Positions 10,485 to 17,598 of a DNA stretch of 30,810 nt are shown in pieces. The DNA comes from Acutalibacteraceae bacterium (GTDB taxonomy: Bacteria > Bacteroidota > Bacteroidia > Bacteroidales > UBA932), in NCBI GenBank assembly GCA_963636615.1, contig CAVHKR010000002.1, positions 1 to 30,810 of the forward strand, read 5' to 3'. Every line of letters begins with the position of its first letter. Within the stretch, counting starts at the first letter, position 1. The notes below the pieces were generated by a model, which made no database searches, was not told the origin of the DNA, and saw nothing but the letters and a program-made list of their open reading frames with translations. The translations under genes and the position numbers were made by a program.

Positions 10485-11474
10485 TTACGAAATGAGCTGA
10501 TATAGAAAACCGAATATAAGTATTGCCCTTTTTGAAAGGATAGGATACTCAATAACAGCCTCTGTATCTGTGATTTTGTATGTATGCTTATTTATCCCTG
10601 CCGTAAACAGAATGGCGGGGATATTTTTTTCTGCAAACGGAGCCTGATCTGACAGGTGGTAAAACAGCTTTCTAAAGGTTTCGCTGCCGTAAAAACTATA
10701 GTCTATATAAAGTCCAAGCCTGCATGCTCTGTTACAGAAATCCAACTGTTCGCCCTCCCACTCTTTAAGATATTCATTCCCTATGGCAATAATGTAATCT
10801 TTGTTCTCGTTAGGTGCGGCCAATGATGTGCCTATCTGATCTATATTTACCATAAGGTTTATCCTGTTGTAGCTTATCATGGTCTTATTTACAAAAAAGT
10901 TGCTTCCGCTCATGCTTAACTCCTTGCCATCGAAAGCTATAAAGAGAATATTCTTCTTTATCTTAAGCCCGTCCTGTTTCATTTTTGAAAAGGCTGAGGC
11001 CAAGGAGAGCAGTGCCGCCACCCCGGATGCATTGTCATCCGCTCCTCTGTAGATATGTCCGTTGATTGTACCTCTATGGTCATAGTGGGCCCCAATGATA
11101 ATGTACTCGTTTGAACCGGTTGTTGATGATAATTTACCAATAACATTTCTCCCTTTTTCCCCGTTTGTTGCTGTAAAGGACTGGTAATAGGAGAGTCCGT
11201 AAGCTTCGAGCCCGGCATTGCTGAATGCATCGGAGATATATTCTGCAGCTCTTGTATTCTCGTCAGATCCTGTAGCCCTGCCTGCAGATTCATCCGATGT
11301 AAGGAATACTATATCCTTTTGTAATAAGGATGGATTCATAAAATATGTATATGCTTCCGATGAGTGGTTCTGTGCTGATGCCAAATTTGTAAAGACAGCT
11401 GTAACCAATATGGTTAAAGCCCCATATAACAGGGCTTTTTTAACATTACTGTAAGTATGGTATAGTAGTTTCAT
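10485..11474 (-). CDS. Secreted M28-family metallopeptidase homolog, probably catalytically degenerate
   Basis: GAHYDH, GADDNASG and NID motifs are present, but FDGKE replaces F-x-x-EE and the C-terminal YH is absent. Signal peptide ASA|Q. The ATG at 11474 overlaps the TPR gene stop (TGATG). Confidence 0.85.
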   Translation of the reverse strand: MKLLYHTYSNVKKALLYGALTILVTAVFTNLASAQNHSSEAYTYFMNPSLLQKDIVFLTSDESAGRATGSDENTRAAEYISDAFSNAGLEAYGLSYYQSFTATNGEKGRNVIGKLSSTTGSNEYIIIGAHYDHRGTINGHIYRGADDNASGVAALLSLASAFSKMKQDGLKIKKNILFIAFDGKELSMSGSNFFVNKTMISYNRINLMVNIDQIGTSLAAPNENKDYIIAIGNEYLKEWEGEQLDFCNRACRLGLYIDYSFYGSETFRKLFYHLSDQAPFAEKNIPAILFTAGINKHTYKITDTEAVIEYPILSKRAILIFGFLYQLIS

Positions 11475-13495
11475 CAATTGCCCTTCTCCAAACAATATTT
11501 CTTTATTACGCTGTAGGCATCCTTTATGCCCAATTCACCGGCCTTGCTCAAATCTATGCACCCTTTCTCTTTGTCTTTCAGATATATAAGCACAAGCCCC
11601 CTGTTATAGTATGCTTCGGCAAGTGCCGGATACAAATCTAACGCCTTTGAGTATTGGCTTATAGATTCGGGTAAATCTTGAGACAGACAATAGAGGTTGC
11701 CAAGATTGTAGTATATGTAAGGGAATGTTGGCATAATCGATGCCGCTTTGGTCAAATCATGTATGGCAGGGGTGTAATCATACTGTTTGTAGCTCCGTTC
11801 CTGCACTCTGGCTCTTGCCGTGCGTGAATTGTCTAATGAAAGGGTCTGCACATTATTCTCCATAGAGGAGATGAAATCAATCGTTTCTGCCTGCAGTGCA
11901 CCTCTGTTTATATAGATAAACGGATTTGACGGATCCGATTCGATAGCCTTGTTGTAGCTGTCCAATGCCTTGTTGAACTCATTGCTATAACTTTCAATAA
12001 GGGCCAGAGCAAAATAGTATCTGCTTCTGCTTTGCAAATCAAGACTGTTTGCTGCCCCCTCCTGCATTGCAGCGCGTTGCAGATCCGGTGAAACATCTGT
12101 ATCCTTTATGTTTGATAATTTTATGGCAACAGGAACAGAGTTTATAAAATTCTGCATGGTATTATCTTCATACTCAGATTGCAGAGCCATAATAGAATGC
12201 TTGTCTCTTATAATGTTGAACCTAAACAGTGGTTTGAGCCTTATGTCAACATCTCTGTGTTGCAGCAGTTCATTATCAAAATCTTTCTTTGCAAAATCTG
12301 CATCCAATGCCAATAGCCTGTCATATTTTTTGGTTGTATCCGCAAATATAGAACTGGCTGTACTGTCGCTCCTTATGCGGTTGTACTCTTTAATTTTTTC
12401 CTCTGCTATCTCTGAATCTCTCTTTGCCGATGTATATTGCCCAAGGTGATATTTTGCGTATGAGCGGTTCATATAAGCCTTGGCAAAATCGGGATAGAGA
12501 TTAATAGCCTGAGAGTAGTCATCCATGGCATTCCTGTACTGCTTTAACTCTAAATAGACCCCTGCTCTATTGAAATAGGCAAGCACGTTGTTTGGGTTTA
12601 CGGCAATCACCCTGTCGTAATCATTGAGAGCGTTGTTGTAGTCACCTGTCTGAGTTCTTATTAATGCCCTATTATATAAAGTCAGGGCATTCCCTGGGTC
12701 AAGTTCCAGAACTTTATCCATATCTGCCAGAGCTCCTCTTATATCCATCTCCTCATACCTTATAAGCGCCCTGTTGAAGTATGCAAAACTGTTTGCAGTA
12801 TCGAGTTGAATTGCCTTGTCCAAATCCTTTATAGCCTCCTTGTTTTCATGATTCAGAGCAAAAATTCTTGACCGTCTTATGTAACCCTCGGGGTCAAAGG
12901 CATCTAATTTTATAGCTTTATTATAATCTTCCAATGCTTTTGTCGTATCTCCAAGGTAGAGATAGGATGCTCCACGATTCAGATATGCGTCCGATATTTT
13001 AGGTTCGTTCTTTATGAACCTGTTAAAGTCCGAAATGGCTTTTTCAAACTGTTGCGACAGAAAATAGGTTACTCCGCGACTAAAATAGAGCCCAGTATAG
13101 CTTGGCCTCAGGTCTACAGCTTCTGCAAGGTCTTTGAGAGCTAAGTCGTACTTACCGGTTCTGCTTAATGTTATGGCTCTATAGTGGTAGGCAGGTGTGT
13201 ATATAGGGTTAATCTTTATTGCCTGATCAAAATCTTTCTCTGCTCCAATATAGTCTCCTAAGTTGTATTTGGTTATACCCCTAAAGAAGAAGGCATCGTA
13301 TGAGAGGGTATCGAGCCTGGAGAGTACATTAAAGTTTTCTATAGCCTGAGAATATTTTCCGTCAATGAGAAACTGGCGACCCCTCATAAACAACTGATTA
13401 AGGTCATATTGTGCAGATACTTTGGTATTGGCAACAGCTATAAGGGAGAGGATAAGCGTTACGTATACCAATGATTTTGTCAATCTTTTATTCAT
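11474..13495 (-). CDS. Secreted multi-TPR (tetratricopeptide repeat) protein
   Basis: Many 34-aa repeats (AYxNRG...A..D...AI.L.P) in N- and C-terminal blocks. Signal peptide VSA|Q. Confidence 0.92.
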   Translation of the reverse strand: MNKRLTKSLVYVTLILSLIAVANTKVSAQYDLNQLFMRGRQFLIDGKYSQAIENFNVLSRLDTLSYDAFFFRGITKYNLGDYIGAEKDFDQAIKINPIYTPAYHYRAITLSRTGKYDLALKDLAEAVDLRPSYTGLYFSRGVTYFLSQQFEKAISDFNRFIKNEPKISDAYLNRGASYLYLGDTTKALEDYNKAIKLDAFDPEGYIRRSRIFALNHENKEAIKDLDKAIQLDTANSFAYFNRALIRYEEMDIRGALADMDKVLELDPGNALTLYNRALIRTQTGDYNNALNDYDRVIAVNPNNVLAYFNRAGVYLELKQYRNAMDDYSQAINLYPDFAKAYMNRSYAKYHLGQYTSAKRDSEIAEEKIKEYNRIRSDSTASSIFADTTKKYDRLLALDADFAKKDFDNELLQHRDVDIRLKPLFRFNIIRDKHSIMALQSEYEDNTMQNFINSVPVAIKLSNIKDTDVSPDLQRAAMQEGAANSLDLQSRSRYYFALALIESYSNEFNKALDSYNKAIESDPSNPFIYINRGALQAETIDFISSMENNVQTLSLDNSRTARARVQERSYKQYDYTPAIHDLTKAASIMPTFPYIYYNLGNLYCLSQDLPESISQYSKALDLYPALAEAYYNRGLVLIYLKDKEKGCIDLSKAGELGIKDAYSVIKKYCLEKGN

Positions 13496-13498
13496 CTG

Positions 13499-13930
13499 TT
13501 ATTTTCTTCTTCTGCGTTGATGTTTCTTGCTTAGACTTCTCAATGAGCTGCTGGCTCTTACAAGAGCCTCGTCTTTATTGATGAAGTGGAATGCAAAAAA
13601 TGTCAATAATCCTGCCACAAGTGGGAATACACAGGTGAAAGAGAACTTGTATTCTCCCCACATTCTTATCATCAAATAGAGCACCCAACCTTGGAAAGCT
13701 AAAAGAATTATAATATTGTATATGCAAAGCCTCATCTGTAAGGGTCTGTTCTTGAACAGGAATATGGTTACAAGTGAAATAACAAAGGCAACAACTGAAA
13801 AGATGGTAAAAGGCCGGTATTCCATATATGATATTGCAGCGTCTGCGTTGCTTGCAAAATCTGTACAGAAAATAGGGAACAGCAGTCCTGCCGTTACAAA
13901 TAGGAATAGTGTCTGTAGTCTTTGAATCAT
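13499..13930 (-). CDS. DUF4293 family membrane protein
   Basis: MIQRLQT.FL start, IFLFKNRPLQMRL, C-terminal I.KDEALVR and four hydrophobic segments. Confidence 0.85.
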   Translation of the reverse strand: MIQRLQTLFLFVTAGLLFPIFCTDFASNADAAISYMEYRPFTIFSVVAFVISLVTIFLFKNRPLQMRLCIYNIIILLAFQGWVLYLMIRMWGEYKFSFTCVFPLVAGLLTFFAFHFINKDEALVRASSSLRSLSKKHQRRRRK

Positions 13931-13961
13931 TTTATAATGTTATTTAAGGGTCATTAACATG

Positions 13962-14028
13962 CTGTTTCCCCTGTTATGGAATAATTCGGCCACATTGGGC
14001 TCTGCTTATAACAGCTTACGGAAAACAG
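13962..14028 (-). ncRNA. Candidate structured 5' leader or small RNA upstream of DUF4293
   Basis: Minus-strand RNA folds as CUGUUUUCC/GGGAAACAG (9 bp, one G-U), CUGUUAU/AUAACAG (7 bp) and an apical GCC-CAAUGU-GGC. It starts right after a TAnnTTTG element. Confidence 0.4.
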
Positions 14029-14032
14029 TGTA

Positions 14033-14040
14033 CAAAAATA
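14033..14040 (-). promoter_or_regulatory. Candidate -7 element (TATTTTTG) for the DUF4293-TPR-M28 operon
   Basis: TAnnTTTG match on the minus strand ~100 nt upstream of the ATG. Confidence 0.5.
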
Positions 14041-14136
14041 GAAATTATTTTGAACTTCGTTTACAATCACCACTTCACGGCACAGTCAAAATAAACATTG
14101 TCTCCGCTATAGGCTTAATCGTATATGTAATTTTAT

Positions 14137-14144
14137 TAACTTTG
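14137..14144 (+). promoter_or_regulatory. Candidate -7 element (TAACTTTG) for the nucleoside phosphorylase gene
   Basis: TAnnTTTG match 31 nt upstream of the ATG at 14176. Confidence 0.55.
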
Positions 14145-14175
14145 ACCTTTCAAGGATTACGTAAACAGATTATTT

Positions 14176-15054
14176 ATGAATAGAATAGGTGAATCGGAAC
14201 TGATAATCAATTCAGATGGATCTGTATTCCATCTCCATATAAAGCCGGAGGAATTGGCAGATACAGTTATACTTGTGGGGGATCCGGGAAGAGTAGATAT
14301 GGTATCCTCTTTCTTTGAAGAGAGGGAGTTCAGGCATCAGTCAAGGGAGTTTGTATCTGTAACGGGCAGATACAAAGGAAAAAGGCTGACAGTCCTCTCT
14401 ACCGGAATAGGTACAGACAATATTGATATTGTTGTAAATGAATTGGATGCTTTGGCAAACATAGATTTTAAAACAAGAGAATACAAAAAGGAGAGGAAAA
14501 GCCTTACGATTCTAAGGATAGGTACGTGTGGCGCAATACAACCAGATATTCCTATACATTCCTTTATCTTTTCGCATATCTCTGTAGGCTGTGACGGCCT
14601 GCTTAACTGGTATAAAGATAGAGACAAGGTTACTATCTCTAATATGGAAGAGGCATTTAAGGAGTTTGTGGGATGGAACAAACATCTGCCCGATCCATAT
14701 TTCGTTAAAGCATCGAGTGATCTGATAAAGTTATTTGAAGACAGTACAGTTAAAGGTGTAACAATCTCCGCTCCGGGATTTTATGGGCCGCAGGGGAGAA
14801 TACTGAGACTACCTTTGGCAATGCCCAATATGATTGAAAGATTTGAGAAGTTCAGTTATAACGGGTATAGAATAACCAATTTTGAGATGGAGGGTTCTGC
14901 GCTTGCAGGTCTCTCTTATCATCTTGGACATAGGGCAGGTACGGTATGCTGTGTCATTGCCAACAGGTATGCCAAGGCTGCCGACCCTGATTACAAGCCT
15001 GCCGTTGAGAGACTTGTTAAGTTAAGCATAGATAAACTGGCTACTTTAGGATAA
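14176..15054 (+). CDS. Nucleoside phosphorylase (PNP_UDP_1, uridine phosphorylase-like)
   Basis: VGDPGRV, STGIG, RIGTCG, GFYGPQGR and NFEME motifs. Confidence 0.9.
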   Translation: MNRIGESELIINSDGSVFHLHIKPEELADTVILVGDPGRVDMVSSFFEEREFRHQSREFVSVTGRYKGKRLTVLSTGIGTDNIDIVVNELDALANIDFKTREYKKERKSLTILRIGTCGAIQPDIPIHSFIFSHISVGCDGLLNWYKDRDKVTISNMEEAFKEFVGWNKHLPDPYFVKASSDLIKLFEDSTVKGVTISAPGFYGPQGRILRLPLAMPNMIERFEKFSYNGYRITNFEMEGSALAGLSYHLGHRAGTVCCVIANRYAKAADPDYKPAVERLVKLSIDKLATLG

Positions 15055-15057
15055 GAA

Positions 15058-15087
15058 AAGGACGGCCTCGAAACGCAGGCCGTCCTT
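15058..15087. terminator. Intrinsic terminator hairpin between the convergent phosphorylase and tRNA-Gly genes, likely bidirectional
   Basis: Perfect 11-bp stem AAGGACGGCCT/AGGCCGTCCTT with an 8-nt loop. U-rich tail on the minus strand, pyrimidine tail on the plus strand. Confidence 0.8.
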
Positions 15088-15099
15088 CTCTGTAACGAG

Positions 15100-15172
15100 A
15101 GCGGAAAACGGGATTCGAACCCGCGACCCTCAGCTTGGGAAGCTGATGCTCTACCAACTGAGCTATTTCCGC
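15100..15172 (-). tRNA. tRNA-Gly (anticodon CCC), CCA not encoded
   Basis: GCGGAAATAGCTCAGTTGGTAGAGCATCAGCTTCCCAAGCTGAGGGTCGCGGGTTCGAATCCCGTTTTCCGCT forms a full cloverleaf. Anticodon loop TTCCCAA, discriminator U. Confidence 0.97.
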
Positions 15173-15196
15173 ATAACTGTCTCCTTAAAAACGGTA

Positions 15197-15227
15197 CAAA
15201 CATACAAAAAAGATATGAACCTGCAAT
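15197..15227 (-). promoter_or_regulatory. tRNA-Gly promoter (ATTG-N19-TATGTTTG) overlapping the start codon of the divergent permease gene
   Basis: -7 element TATGTTTG at 15204-15197 and a near-consensus -33 element at 19-nt spacing. Confidence 0.6.
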
Positions 15228-16501
15228 ACTATTTGTCAAAGAAAATTTTTTCTGACCACAAGTCCGGCTCCGCCCTTGTAAAAACGAGTAGGGTAATTGC
15301 AACGGTTTCCGTTGCTGTAAGTATTGCTGTAATTGTTGCGGCTATTGCAATTTCGCACGGCTTCAGAAGTGAGATAGAGAGTAAATGTGCCGGCTTTGGA
15401 GGTAATATATGGATCTCTGCGGCAGGTACGCCATTGTATAACACAGAATATCCCGTATTTGTGGGGAAGCAAAAAATAAAAGAGATAGAGAATAAGGGTT
15501 TTGTAAGTTCTGTCTACCCCATAATCTATACACAGGGGCTTATTAAGATGCCGGATGAGGTTGAGGGGATTGTATTCAAGGGGATAGATTCTGCATACAA
15601 TTTTTCTTTTTTGGCCAAACATATCATAGAGGGGGAACTGCCTTTTTATTACGGAGAGGATATATCCAATGATATTGTAATATCATCTGCATTGTCTAAG
15701 ACATTAGGACTCTCTGTGGGTGATAAAATAGAGACCTATTTTGTGCAGGAAGATATCAAAGTAAGGAGGTTTACGGTAAAAGGGATATATGCAACTGGTA
15801 TGGAGGATATGGACAGACCGCTTGTATATGGGGATATGCGCCATGCAAGAATGATTAACGGATGGGACGCAGAGGAGGTGTCCGGTTATGAGATTCTCCT
15901 TAAAGGGGGAAGAGTTGGGGAGTCATCTGTTTATAAAGCTGATATAGAGGATTGTATATTTTCTTCTTATATTGGAAAAGAAAAAAAGGACTTTGACGTT
16001 GAGGAGGATGAGATGTCTGATTCTGTAATAGTATATACTGCCCCGGAGCTGTTTTATAATCTGTATGATTGGCTCAGGCTTATAGATCTTAATGTGCTTA
16101 TAATATTGGTACTTATGATTGCTGTTTCCGGTTTTAATATGGTAAGCGGAGTACTTATCCTTATATTTGAACGGATGTCACAGATTGGCTTGCTTAAGGC
16201 TTTGGGAATGAGAGACGGGGCAATTATAAAGTGTTTTATGTTCAGTGCGGCAAGGATTATTCTTCTTGGGCTGTTAACGGGAAATGTGGTAGCACTTGTT
16301 CTGTGTACTGTGCAGAAATACTGCAATGTCATTCCATTAGATCCTGCAAACTATTTTGTGAGCAGCGTACCTGTTTCATTTGCATGGGGCTGGATTGTTG
16401 GGGTAAATATTATCCTGCTGCTGGCTATTATGGCTATCCTTTTTATGCCGTTGCATTTTATTCAGAAAGTATCGCCTGCAAAGACATTGGTTGCTAAATA
16501 A
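15215..16501 (+). CDS. LolC/LolE (MacB/FtsX) family ABC transporter permease, lipoprotein release system-like
   Basis: N-terminal TM helix, MacB periplasmic domain, ILIFERMSQIGLLKALGM and LDPANYF. Start moved to the ATG at 15215 because the longer ORF overlaps the tRNA. Confidence 0.88.
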   Translation: MNLQYYLSKKIFSDHKSGSALVKTSRVIATVSVAVSIAVIVAAIAISHGFRSEIESKCAGFGGNIWISAAGTPLYNTEYPVFVGKQKIKEIENKGFVSSVYPIIYTQGLIKMPDEVEGIVFKGIDSAYNFSFLAKHIIEGELPFYYGEDISNDIVISSALSKTLGLSVGDKIETYFVQEDIKVRRFTVKGIYATGMEDMDRPLVYGDMRHARMINGWDAEEVSGYEILLKGGRVGESSVYKADIEDCIFSSYIGKEKKDFDVEEDEMSDSVIVYTAPELFYNLYDWLRLIDLNVLIILVLMIAVSGFNMVSGVLILIFERMSQIGLLKALGMRDGAIIKCFMFSAARIILLGLLTGNVVALVLCTVQKYCNVIPLDPANYFVSSVPVSFAWGWIVGVNIILLLAIMAILFMPLHFIQKVSPAKTLVAK

Positions 16502-16520
16502 GAGAGAGTGGAGGTTGTAT

Positions 16521-17594
16521 TTACATTACAACCATCTCTTTGTAACGGTAGTAGCGTTGTATAATCTCATCTACATATCTGATAGTCTCGTTGCCCACAA
16601 ACCGGCCCAATTTTATCTCAGGCTTGTTGTAATACTCCTTTGCGCCAAGGAGAGGTATAACCTCTTTTAAATCATCCCAGATAAAAGGATTCTTCCCTTC
16701 CGATTCGGCCAACGTCATACAATCCTCTATCCGCCCCTCACCACAATTGTATGCCGCCAAAGTAATGAGAATGGCATTAAGAGAATCTACCCCCATTTTT
16801 GAATAGTTTGTATATATGGAGTGCAGGTGAGATAATCCAGCCTTTATATTCTCTTCGGGGTCATATATATTGTTTATTCCATATTTTTTGACTGTATTCT
16901 CTTTTACCTGCATAAGGCCTATTGCCCCTCGGTTTGAACTTACACCTACTTTGAATTGTGATTCCTGAAATATCAACGATGCCACCAAACGCCAGTCCCA
17001 TCCCAATGTCAGGCTATACTGCTTTATTATATTATCGTAAGGCGATATTGAATTGAATTTTCTCTCTCCGTAATGGCTTTGTGCTCTGTACTTTCTGTTG
17101 TATTTGTTGCTGATGTCAGAAAATTCGTTAGTGTGTATCAAGCTGTTGAACCAGTAGTTGATAATCTGAATAAGAGTGTAGTTATCTTTAGTTGCCACGC
17201 ATACCACACTATCTTTATTAAGAGGAATGCCCAATATAAAATCCTTGCCGTAATGATTTGGAACGGTATCTTTACAGTTAATGATTAGCATATCTACCAT
17301 ACCGTTTGCAAGAAGGTTCCATTGGGATGTGTCAAAATCCTTTGGAGCAAGCTCTAAAAAGACCCCTAAGTTATCCTCAAACAGATTAAACAGCTCAAAC
17401 AGATAGCCAATAGTATATCCTTTAGCTTTTAATGTTTTGTCTAACAGTATATTGCATTTTATGGTATCACCTGCATCAAGGCTTGGCACAGAGGAGAGCC
17501 GGGATTCCTCCTCTATTGGAGCAACTACCATCAACAGAATAAGAAGAAACACAATGATGGTTCTAATACGCTGTTTTTTTGAATAAAATACCAT
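16521..17594 (-). CDS. MltF-like lytic transglycosylase (shortened SBP-like domain plus SLT domain)
   Basis: ISPYD, WDWRLVASLIFQESQF (catalytic Glu), GAIGLMQV, LAAYNCG and ETIRYV. The ATG at 17594 follows the porin stop by 4 nt; the alternative start is 17627. Confidence 0.85.
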   Translation of the reverse strand: MVFYSKKQRIRTIIVFLLILLMVVAPIEEESRLSSVPSLDAGDTIKCNILLDKTLKAKGYTIGYLFELFNLFEDNLGVFLELAPKDFDTSQWNLLANGMVDMLIINCKDTVPNHYGKDFILGIPLNKDSVVCVATKDNYTLIQIINYWFNSLIHTNEFSDISNKYNRKYRAQSHYGERKFNSISPYDNIIKQYSLTLGWDWRLVASLIFQESQFKVGVSSNRGAIGLMQVKENTVKKYGINNIYDPEENIKAGLSHLHSIYTNYSKMGVDSLNAILITLAAYNCGEGRIEDCMTLAESEGKNPFIWDDLKEVIPLLGAKEYYNKPEIKLGRFVGNETIRYVDEIIQRYYRYKEMVVM

Positions 17595-17598
17595 AATG

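Noticed and set aside
10485..11474. M28 protein as the glutaminyl cyclase serving the many Gln(+1) secreted proteins
   Set aside because: Bacteroidota M28-type QCs are lipoproteins that keep the EE pair and C-terminal His; this protein has a SPI signal and lacks both.
13962..14028. SRP (4.5S) RNA, 6S RNA or intrinsic terminator
   Set aside because: No GGAA tetraloop or SRP internal-loop consensus, too short for a typical 6S, and no U-tract.
13959..14183. 74-aa plus-strand ORF
   Set aside because: No recognisable motif; it spans divergent promoters and the structured leader, so it is probably spurious.
15100..15125. tRNA-Gly 3' end as an integration site
   Set aside because: No duplicated 3' fragment or integrase seen; the tRNA is followed directly by its terminator and a core gene.
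15146..15214. N-terminal extension of the permease ORF (and the 14991-15302 minus-strand ORF)
   Set aside because: Both overlap the tRNA gene; the ATG at 15215 gives a normal LolC/E N-terminus.
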